Below are positions 53,815 to 64,000 of a DNA stretch of 64,000 bases, piece after piece. The stretch lies in contig NC_086097.1 in the NCBI RefSeq assembly GCF_963921235.1, forward strand, positions 7,750,001 through 7,814,000, written 5' to 3'. Position numbers and translations under genes: made by a program. Position 1 is the stretch's first letter; each line of letters begins with the position of its first letter. Below the pieces are notes generated by a model. That model saw only the letters and a list, made by a program, of their open reading frames with translations, ran no database searches and was not told the DNA's origin. Source of the stretch: Mobula hypostoma. Its lineage: Eukaryota.

Positions 53815-54069
53815 TATCTGTCAACGTGGGGCCAACAACAAGTTTGTAAATCTTGTGGAAGCAAAAGATGTTGAGAATGGTGAGGGGTGTTGCGCCATGG
53901 GAGGGGTGTGGGGCAGGTAGCAGAGAAGGAGTGTTGGGGTGGGGGGGGGGTGGATAGCATGGGTTCAGACCCACCCAGCCCTGAGACACCAGGCAAGGAC
54001 ATTTGCTTTATTGATCATTGCAGAATGTGTCTCTGGTGCTTCCCGCTCTCTCCACTCCCACTCTCGGTC

Positions 54070-55650
54070 CACAGGTGAGAAGACAGCTGAAACGTCTCAA
54101 CACAGGTGAGAAGGCAGCTGAAACGTCTCAACCCAAGCAAGGCTGCAGGACCGGATGGTGTCAGTACCAGGGTGCTCAAAGCCTGTGCCCTTCAGCTGTG
54201 TGGAGTACTTCGCCGTGTATTCAACCTGAGCCTGAGGCTCCGGAGGGTTCCTGTGCTGTGGAAGACGTCCTGCCTCGTCCCTGTGCCGAAGACGCCGCGC
54301 CCCAGCGGCCTCAATGACTACAGACCGGTGGCATTGACCTCCCGCATCATGAAGACCCTGGAGAGACTTGTTCTGGAGCTGCTCCGACCTATGGTCAGGC
54401 CACACTTAGATCCCCTCCAGTTCGCCTACCAGCCTCGACTAGGAGTTGAGGATGCAATCGTCTTCCTGTTGAACCGTGTCTACGCCCACCTGGACAAGCC
54501 AGCGAGCACTGTGAGGGTCATGTTTTTTGACTTCTCCAGTGTGTTCAACACCATCCACCCTGCTCTGCTGGGGGAGAAGCTGACAGCGATGCAGGTGGAT
54601 GCTTCCCTGGTATCATGGATTCTTGATTACCTGACTGGCAGACCACAGTACATGTGCTTGCAACACTGTGTATCTGACAGAGTGATCAGCAGCATTGGGG
54701 CTCAACATGGGACTGTCTTGTCTCCCTTTCTCTTCACCATTTACACCTCGGACTTCAACTACTGCACAGAGTCTTGTCATCTTCAGAAGTTTTCGGATGA
54801 CTCTGCCATAGTTGGATGCATCAGCAAGGAAGATGAGGCTGAGTACAGGGCTACGGTAGGAAACTTTGTCACATGGTGTGAGCAGAATTATCTACAGCTT
54901 AATGTGAAGAAGACTAAGGAGCTGGTGGTAGACCTGCGGAGAGCTAAGGTACCGGTGACCCCTGTTTCCATCCAGGGGGTCAGTGTGGACATAGTGGAGG
55001 ATTACAAATACCTGGGGATACGAATTGACAATAAACTGGACTGGTCAAAGAACACTGAGGCTGTCTATAAGAAGGGTCAGAGCCGTCTCTATTTCCTGAG
55101 GAGACTGAGGTCCTTTAACATCTGCTGGACGATGCTGAGGATGTTCTACGAGTCTGTGGTGGCCAGTGCTATCATGTTTGCTGTTGTGTGCTGGGGCAGC
55201 AGGCTGAGGGTGGCAGACACCAACAGAATCAACAAACTCATTCGTAAGGCCAGTGATGTCGTGGGGATGGAACTGGACTCTCTCACGGTGGTGTCTGAAA
55301 AGAGGATGCTGTGTAAGTTGCATACCATCTTGCTCAATGTCTTCCATCCACTACATAATGTACTGGGTGGGCACAGGAGTACATTCAGCCAGAGACTCAT
55401 TCCACCGAGATGCAGCACTGAGCGTCATAGGAAGTCATTCCTGCCTGTGGCCATCAAACATTACAACTCCGCCCTTGGAGGGTCAGACACCCTGAGCCAA
55501 TAGGCTGGTCCTGGACTTATTTCATAATTTACTGACATAATTTACATATTACTATTTAACTATTTATGGTTCTATTAATATTTATTATTTATGGAGCAAC
55601 TGTAACGAAAACCAATTTCCCCCGGGATTAATAAAGCATGACTATGATAA
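54070..55650 (+). mobile_element. Young 5'-truncated Rex1/Babar LINE
   Basis: Open RT ORF, AT-rich 3' UTR, AATAAA at 55630-55635; 31-bp tandem duplication at the 5' junction. Confidence 0.93.
54106..55503 (+). CDS. Rex1/Babar reverse transcriptase (ORF2 C-terminal part, 465 aa open)
   Basis: KAAGPDGV, DYRPVALTS, LDPLQFAYQP, FFDFSS, GTVLSPFLF, KFSDDS, YKYLG motifs without stops. Confidence 0.92.
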   Translation: MRRQLKRLNPSKAAGPDGVSTRVLKACALQLCGVLRRVFNLSLRLRRVPVLWKTSCLVPVPKTPRPSGLNDYRPVALTSRIMKTLERLVLELLRPMVRPHLDPLQFAYQPRLGVEDAIVFLLNRVYAHLDKPASTVRVMFFDFSSVFNTIHPALLGEKLTAMQVDASLVSWILDYLTGRPQYMCLQHCVSDRVISSIGAQHGTVLSPFLFTIYTSDFNYCTESCHLQKFSDDSAIVGCISKEDEAEYRATVGNFVTWCEQNYLQLNVKKTKELVVDLRRAKVPVTPVSIQGVSVDIVEDYKYLGIRIDNKLDWSKNTEAVYKKGQSRLYFLRRLRSFNICWTMLRMFYESVVASAIMFAVVCWGSRLRVADTNRINKLIRKASDVVGMELDSLTVVSEKRMLCKLHTILLNVFHPLHNVLGGHRSTFSQRLIPPRCSTERHRKSFLPVAIKHYNSALGGSDTLSQ

Positions 55651-57859
55651 TAGAGACCCATATCGAAATCAGGTTTATCATTACTCACATATGTCATGAA
55701 ATTTGTTTTTTTTTGTGGCAGCAGTACAGTGTAATACATAAAATTACTAAAATGCTGTGAAGTCTCAGGCACCCTTGATACATATATGAGACTTTTGCAT
55801 CGTGCTGTACAGAGATTAATTGTATGTCCATAAAGTGACACTATGCACAGGAGTGTCAAGTATATTCTTCAGCAGCAAGGCAGACAGTGCCATGTTGTGT
55901 TTGTTTTGTTTCCTTCAAATAAAATATGTGCAGATTTCATTGGCACCCAGTTGGCATAGTATTTATCACCTTTTCAGAATTATAATTTTCAGACTGTGGA
56001 GGTTTAGCTTCATATAAACATTGCTCACAATATAAGGAAGGGTTTGGGTGACGGAGAGCACTCTAGAAAACCCACCGCTTACACATGAGCATTCACTCAC
56101 ATGCAGCCATTGCCTTGTCATTCTGCTGTTGTCGCGGTGAGTGTGCATACTTCAATGTCTTTCCCAGTACGCCCAGTGTTTTCCCCTCCACATTGTTACA
56201 TACATTCAGTTAGACACCAAAGTTTACTTTCATTCTAAACTGAGCTGGTATTCTCGGGTTGGCTTTGTGGTGCCTTTCCCACTGTGAGTAGCAGAATATT
56301 TCATTTCTTTAGTAATGGGGGTGTGTAAAAGTGTATATGCTATTTGTATACTGTACTTAATGTACATACTTCTGCTTATTTTCTAATATGATTATAACTA
56401 CATTGTGGGGTGCATCATATTCTAATTCATGTGTCATATTATGTTAACTTTATTGGTAATTAACGACGGTATGTCCTAGAGTGAAAAAAAACTCATCGCC
56501 GTCAGTAAGGGAGAGAGAGAGAGATTGGGGCTGCCAGGAGTTCTTACTGGAGAAAATAGTATGGTAGTATTCTTGTGTTTTCTGGTAGATATCATTTTGT
56601 GAATGTTGGCATTTTTCTTTTCACTATTTTCTCTAATGAACACCCTTACACTGAAGTGCTAAGTGACGTCAGCCATTTCTCTTGGGTCATAACTCAGGTA
56701 TCGAACATTTTAATTATTTTATACATTGTTATTGAGGACAATATCTTGATTTTACCTCCACTTTGCTCCCAACAAGGACTCGCTTCCTGGCAGCTTACAA
56801 GTCAATCACAGTAATATGGGTCTGCAGTCAGGTGGAGGCCAGCAAGGAAAGCAGGTCAGATTTCTTTCCCTCATTGGCATTTATAAAGTAATATGGGCTA
56901 GTTCCTACGACAAAATAGTGCTCTTTACTACAACTACCTGTATTTTTCACTCAGACTATCAATTTAAATTTTCAATTGCCCATTAAATGAATTTGAACTG
57001 GAGTCCCTGGATTAGAATCAGAATCAGGTTTACTATTATTGGTATATTTTGTGAAATTTGTTGTACAATTTAATACATAATTTTGAAAAACAATAAATTA
57101 TATATGTATATAAATTATAAAAGAGTAGTGCAAAAATGGTAAGGTAGTGTTCAAGAGTGCATTGTCCATTCAGAAATCTGATGGCAGAGGGGGAGAAGCT
57201 GTTCCTGAAACTTTGAGTGTGTGTCTTTAGACTCCTGTACTTCAGTAAAGACCTGTATTTATGGTGAACGGAGAAGCCATCAAACTGCAGCACTGCATCC
57301 AAAATGGTGGGAGGTTAGCCATGTTTCTGTGAAGCAAAGTTCACAGAAGTCCCTGATGTCCCTGATTATTATGAGTCCTGACCTTGGAAGTATGAATCAG
57401 CACTGCATATTTGTTTGTGAGAATATTTATTTTTGTGTTTTTAATTTATCATTCACTGTGATATCACTCTGATCATAAGAAGTAAATCTAGAAATATTTA
57501 TCTAGTCAGGCAGCACCTGCAAAAGGAGACAAAATTAATGTTTCATGTCTGAGACCCTTCATCACCTGTGGCTCCCAAAGTTGAAGAATTAACTGTTTCT
57601 ACTTCTGCAGAAGCTTCCTGACCTGCTGAGTGCTTTAGTTTTAGTTTCAGTTTTAGAGATTCAGAACAATAACAGGTCCTTCTAGCCCAATGAGCCCGTA
57701 TACAATTATATAAAAATTTGTTTGTGCATTCAAATTTGTTTGGCAGTTGTTAAATGAGTTACTTTTATTAGTTCACTCTCAGCAGAGCAAAATGTACATT
57801 TTCTTATTAACTAGCCTTCTAAATATTTTGCTTGGTATTTGCTATCACTATCTGCCTCT

Positions 57860-58104
57860 CTGTAACCACACCATGGACTGCCCCAACCCCAGCTGCAAAA
57901 GGAGGAAAGTTGGCCAAGGGGCTAGCAACCCCATCCGATAAAAACCCAGAGCTACAGAAACACCAACAGAAGATCCAAAGGCTTCATTCCTAGAAGAGAA
58001 AGAATATACCAGCAAGCTGGGCTACCTGCAAGACAGGCTCAGGACAGAGAAATCTGGCAAGGTGCTGTCGGTGCCCCATGCCATGTAGGGATGATGAGCT
58101 TAAG
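57860..58104 (+). mobile_element. Short RTE-type non-autonomous element with degenerate twister-like head
   Basis: Head CCCCAACCCCAG...AAAGGAGGAAAGTTGG-GGGGCTAGCAACCCCATCC; tail AQDREIW-like RTE C-terminal coding remnant. Confidence 0.55.
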
Positions 58105-58627
58105 AGAGAAGGGAAATGCACCTCACTGCAGATATCCTTGTATGTCATAGTAGCTATGCATCCTCAAGCATCCATTAAATAACTGGTACTTTCTCCAACC
58201 ATGCTTCCAATTGGATTCATCTCCAAAGGTTTTAAACCATTCCCACATTTCTCCATCAACTGATCTCACCCAGCAACATAATGCTGATTCTTTGGATGAT
58301 CCTGACGTCCCCTTTCTCTCGCCCACACTCATTATTGACACCACCTTAAGTTCCCTTACACCAAAGACTCTCTCTTCCACTTTGATCACGGAGCTGCCTT
58401 GTTTCCTCCACCTGTTCTCAAACAATAATCGGGCTTTGTTCTTCACACAGCAGAGAACTTAAACTGCCTGTAGCCTCAGAGAAAAGCAGCACAGGCTTCC
58501 CCACATGGTATAGACTTAATGTGCCTGTTGAGATAAAACAAGAATTTCAAAGCCGATATTCTGTAAATTCAGACCAGAAACAAACTGACCTGGAGAGCCA
58601 CCTAATACCAGACTAATTCTTTGTGCG

Positions 58628-59506
58628 CAGACATGAGGAAAGCTGCAGATGCTGGAAGTTCAAGCAACACGCACAAAAAGTGTTGGTGAACACATCAGGC
58701 CAGGCAGCATCTATAGGAAGAGGTACAATCGACGTTTTGAGCCGGGACCCTTCATCAGGACGAACTGAAAGAAGAGATAGTAAGACATTTGTAAATGGGA
58801 GGGGGTGGGTGAGATCCGAAATGATAGGAGAAGACAGGAGGGGAGGGGTGGATCTAAGAGCTGGAGGAGGGAGAGGATCATGGGACAGAAAGCCTGGGGA
58901 GAAAGAGAAGGGGGGAGGGGAGCTCGGCGGGTGGAGAGCAGGCAAGGAGTTATAGTAAGAGGGACAGACGGAGAAAAAAGAGAGAGAGAAAAAAATGGGG
59001 AAAAAAAATATATATTAAAAAATATTAAATAAATAAATAAGGGATGGGGTGTGAAGGGGAGGAGGGGCATTAACAGAAGTTAAAGAAGTCAGGTTGGAGG
59101 TTACCCAGACGGAATATAAGATGTTGTTCCTCCAACCTGAGTGTGGCTTCATCTTGACAGTAGAGGAGGCCATGGATAGGCGTATCAGAATGGGAATTAA
59201 AATGTGTGGCCACTGGGAGATCTTGCTTTCCCTGGCGGACAGAGCGTAGGTATTCAGCGAAACTGTCTCCCGGTCTGCGTCGGGTCTCGCCAATATATAA
59301 AAGGCCACATCGGGAGCACCGGACGCAGTATATCACCCCAGCCGACTCACAGGTGAAGTGTCGCCTCACCTGGAAGGACTGTCTGGGGCCCTGAATGGTG
59401 GTGAGGGAGGAAGTGTAAGGGCATGTGTAGCACTTGTTCTGCTTTGACTGTACCTTTTCCTATAGAGACTGCCTGGCCTGCTGCGTTCACCAGCATTTTT
59501 TGTGTG
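58628..59506. mobile_element. Penelope insertion: minus arm 58628-59444 plus short inverted tail 59446-59506
   Basis: GIY-YIG ORF 59070-59369; 14-bp direct repeat TAATTCTTTGTGCG (58614-58627) / TAATCCTTTGTGCG (59507-59520); hammerhead at 58726-58763 has a GAAA>AAAA change. Confidence 0.92.
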
Positions 59507-61494
59507 TAATCCTTTGTGCGGTTGATGGGAAACAACTTCTGGAGGTGACTTTTATTCACACAGCCTTGGCAACACCATCCCAACTCAATGAATAATGATT
59601 ATGTGCCCATTTGTTTCACTGTTTGTGGCCAGATAGAAATTGGCTGTTGCTTCTATCCAACCGACAGCAATGAGTCCAGCACAGAAGTAATTCATTGCCT
59701 GTGGAGCACCTTGGGGCTTCCTGGACAGATTATCCCATTTTTTATTTCATCGCCATTTCCAGGTTTTTGCCGCATCTAATTTTCTGTCACTTGCTTTTGG
59801 ATTTTAAAGTAGTTCAGAAGAATTTCATTAGTTGTGAAGTAATTCAGGAACTTTCCCCAGCACAAAATGGTGCTATTGTAATGGAATTTCATTTGCTATG
59901 TATACATTACTTTTATTATCTTTTAATTGAGATACAGCCTGGAATAGGCCCTTCTGGCCCTTCAAGCTGCATTGCCCAACAATCCTCCAGTTTATTCCTA
60001 GCCAAATCATGGGACAATTTACAATAACTATTCAATCTAATAACCAGCATGTTTCTGAACCATGGGAAGAAACCAGAACACCTAGAAGTTCCTAACAGGA
60101 GCTATTAGTGATTGGTTATAAATGCTGGTCCTGCTACCAATAGTCCCATTCTACAAAAAAAATACCACTGTTTGTACTTTACATGGGATTTATTTCTCTC
60201 ATGAATCTTTAACTGGGCTGACGCTACAATTACAGATTGACAAGTTCTGGCTGAGTACACCAAACTGTTACAGTTCATGCCAGGAGGCACTGGGGTCTGT
60301 AAATCTACCGTCGTGAGCAAAATTGCAAAGGAAATCCTATCGGCAAATAATGACAGGTGACAATGGAAATTACTTGCCCAGCAGAGGATGTAAACTCAAG
60401 CAAGTTACAGGACCCGACACTGCATATCTAGTTTGAAGACTTCAGGGAGGCTTACTAATCTGGCTATACTTTGCCTGCGCTGTTCACCCACAGCTACTGA
60501 CCTCATTTTTCTCTCTTCCCCCCCCCCACCCTCCACAAACACATGTCAGCCCTCCAGTCTTCTCGAATAGGACCTCTCAGTATGGCACCATAAGTCAAAA
60601 GAAGGAAATGTTTTTGCCTTGTTTGTTCATTCATACAGCCAGAGGGAGAACTGTTAATATTGGAAGCTACGAGAAGAAAGAATGAAGAAAGATGTAAGCC
60701 TGGAGGACAACAACATCAAAGAAGTTAAATGTAATCTGTCTCATTTATACTGTGTTGACCTCCAGCAAGCAGCAATAGGTTTTGAATTTACACTGTATAA
60801 ATAAACTATGTCTGTAAAGGTCTGTGTTACCAGCAGAGCCACCTAGTTTTAAAGTATATTGAGGAAGTTCTGTTTTTTGTCAAGTGTAGAAAAATAAGAG
60901 GTGGCATGGTCGTGTAGTAGCTTACAGCGCCAGTGATCCAGTTTTAGCTCTTGCCGTTGTCTGTAAGGAGTTCGTCCGTTCCTTCCATCACCATGTGGGT
61001 CTTCTCCAGCTGCTCCAAGGACTTTTGGGTTGGTTGGTTAATTGGACACAGGAAGTATTGGGCAGCACAGGCTCGTTGGGCTTTATCTCTCTATAAAATA
61101 AAATAAAGAAAAGAAAGTTGACCCTTCTAAAAGGGAGCTCCTTCACCCAGCGGGTGGCGAAAGTGTGGAACGAGGCAGCGTCAGGGGTGGTGGATGCGGG
61201 TTTGATTTCAACATTTATGAGTAAATTGGATAAGTACATGAATGGGAGGGGTAAGGAGGGCTATGGTTCAGGTGCAAGTCGTTGGGACTAGGTAGAATAA
61301 CCGTTTGGCATGGACTAGATGGGCTGAAGGGCCTGTTCTGTGCTGTAGCACTACATGAATCTATGACTCTGTTGAAAACCTGAGTACTGGCTGACTAAGT
61401 GTTGCCAAGGATGGAAGAAAGAGGAAGAACAAGATAGACAAAGCACAGGGACAGGCCCTTCAGATCACAACGCAGTGCCAAAACCAATACGTGG

Positions 61495-61955
61495 TGCTTG
61501 TCCATCATGTTGGACGATGACAGGAGACCTGTGCAGGGGAGTTTTTAAAGTGGAGAAGGAGTTTTTAAAGTGGAGAAGCCACTGCACTGGGCAGTTTCAC
61601 TCTCTTGACCTCAGAAATCCAGGTCCAGTAGTACAAACAAGCATCACAAACTGGAGTGTTTCCCTGTTGCAGTGGGTGACCATGATAACTTTTGTGCTTT
61701 GTCATGCCCTTCACTCTGCAAAGCGCATTGTGGTACTGCCTTCCCAGCCATTGGATCTCACTGTTGATCTCATCTGCACAGTTTGCTGGAGCTGATTTCA
61801 CATGCTGGGACAGGTATGCCCCTATTTCGCTGGGGTATGAGACCGCTGGCTATCCTCACTTGGTCAAAGCAGTGTACCAGGGCATGGCCGCTGTCACAGG
61901 CCAGCAGCTACTTGGAGCCACAGCTGAGAGCTGAGTGTCCAGTGGGGAACCAATA
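61495..61955 (-). mobile_element. Probable RTE-type non-autonomous element
   Basis: GC-richer block with minus-strand leader CTCTCAGCTGTGGCTCC...CAGCGGCC, reminiscent of RTE 5' UTRs; single copy here. Confidence 0.45.
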
Positions 61956-64000
61956 GTGAGACAGCTGCCCAGGAATGGATACCACAAGACCCTTCACCCC
62001 TCTCTCGACACCCCATACACCTACTAAAACAAATAAATTATTAATCAAATTGCCAGCTGGTATGGTGTGAACCAATCCCTTATGTCTATGTCCATGTCCT
62101 TCCCTTTTCCTCACATGATCTTGACATTAAATTCCCTTTTTTGCCCATGGCAAAGATGCCTGAACATGGAAGAGTCAGCTGAGATCGTAACACCAACATA
62201 AAAATATTTTGTGCTCCATCAGATTCAGAGAGACTATGACTTTTTATGCTTTACTGAGCAGGTATGCCATTGTATATGAAAATTCTTATTATTTATCAAA
62301 GTGCCCATGACAGATTAAGAAAAATCTTTTTTGTTATGCTCCAAGCAGCTCAGTCACAGATTTTCACTCATGGAAGTTGCTTAGTGCTTTGATAAGACAG
62401 TTTATAATACTGTGGAATTGTGAAGTGTGACTTATTAAGGAATCCGAATGCAGATATCAAAATCTATTTGTACTTGGTGCTCTTAAGTTACATTTCATTA
62501 AATAATATCAAGAACTTTGAATTCTCTCATAGTTGGTTGACAAATGTTACTGTAATGAATGTTGAGTTTTGCTTGGAGTAAACCAACAGAACAAGAGTAA
62601 CATTAAAACAAGACGTCAACATTTCCTACTGCATTCAGTATTCAACACAGAATTAGAGTATGCCCACAAGGAAATGTGTCTCAGTGATATATATTTTGAA
62701 AAAAAAATTACTTTAAACTTTGAGTTCAGGAGATTGAGAGATGATCACAGAGACGTGATCATAGAGCACCCTCTCGTCATACTAAAGTAAAAAAGGGGTT
62801 TTACATTTCATTTACATGGAAATGAATAAACAGTCGACATTTCAAGCCAAGACTATTCATCAAGATGGAAAGGAAGTGGAAGAGAAAGAGGGAAGGACCT
62901 TCCTTTCTTCCACCTACCCCCTTTCAGTTCCCTTTATTTGTTCTTCCCTCTTCCATTCCAGTCCCGAAACATCAACGCTTTATTCATTTCCACAGATGCT
63001 AGTTGACCTGCTGGTTCCTAAGGTTGTCATAGCCGGGGGGTGGTAGTGGAGATGGAAGTGCTCCAAATGGTGTGCGTCTCTAACAGCCTCTGACAGCCAA
63101 TTCCAACTCTTGACCTTCATGTGTGGCTTAGCTACGAGGCCCGGTGGAACTGTTTTTACTGACAAGAGAAGGAGCAAGGGCAGACTACTAGTACCTCAAT
63201 AACAGTTGCTTCAGGTAAGTGGGGCTCATCAGCCTTGGACAGCTGCCTACCTAGGAGAAGGAAAACTCTGCTTTTAAACCTCCACTGTCTTGCGGCCATA
63301 CCCACCCATAGGAAAGGCTTCAGCACTAAACCCTGAGGAAGAAATCGGAGCTAGGTCCCTAAGGCAGTTTGATGTTCTTTACAACTTCACTCTGGCAACC
63401 TCTGCGATGACACTGGAGCCAGACTGTATTGGTACTTACCCTTCCCTTGGACTACATCAGTGACGTGGAGAGGGGGAACTCACTGCATGGGCAACAGCCG
63501 ATTCTTCAAATCTTCCCATCCAGGCTTGCGCCCTGGAGAGGACACAGTCTACCAGAGGTGCAAACCCATGATCCCATGGGATTGACGGCTGCCTACTACC
63601 TGATCTGCTGAGTTCCTCCAGCATTTTGTGTGTGTTGCTCTGGATTTCCCGCATCTACATAATCTGCTGTTCCTGCATTTAATTATGCAATCTAGAATTG
63701 ATGCTGAGAGGTTGTTTTGCCTTGTGACAGATTTTAAAACAACGAGGCATGCCATTAGAACTAGGAACCACCCTTAGAGTGAAGATAAGGAGGAACAGAT
63801 TTTTGTAGAAGGTGTTGAATGTTTGGAATTTTCTACTCCAGAGAGTGGTGGAGGGCTGAATCACTGAACACAGTCAAGTGTGAGATAGATAGATTTGCAA
63901 GACTATGGGAAAAAACAGATGAATGAAACTAAGCAGACGGCTCTTTCATAGAACCGACAGTGAGACACAAAACAAGTAGCCTCTGTCTCTGATATATCTT

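Noticed and set aside
60241..60360. Frame QVLAEY...PGGTGVCKST resembling a Walker A motif
   Set aside because: Required Gly before KS is Cys, the frame is short, and no convincing splice acceptor

Overview
Eukaryotic, repeat-saturated, non-genic or intronic DNA. It is most likely from a cartilaginous fish (shark/ray), inferred from HE1/V-SINE copies together with abundant CR1, Rex1/Babar, Tc1 and Penelope-like elements. No host protein-coding gene could be identified; almost every long ORF is retrotransposon- or transposon-derived. Contents: about 20 CR1 fragments, two Rex1/Babar LINEs (one with an open 465-aa RT ORF), an R4/Dong RLE-type LINE nested in a (TAA)n tract, Tc1 and hAT-Buster remnants and MITEs, solo LTRs, V-SINEs and RTE-type non-autonomous elements. 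The most interesting signal is a Neptune-type Penelope-like (GIY-YIG) family whose 3' repeat carries a minimal type-I hammerhead ribozyme. Three insertions of this family are tail-out inverted structures bounded by 14-15 bp target-site duplications. Their two arms carry different diagnostic variants, one inverted arm starts at the predicted ribozyme cleavage site, and one insertion contains a captured piece of Rex1 LINE 3' end. Short fold-back derivatives made of two ribozyme tails also occur.
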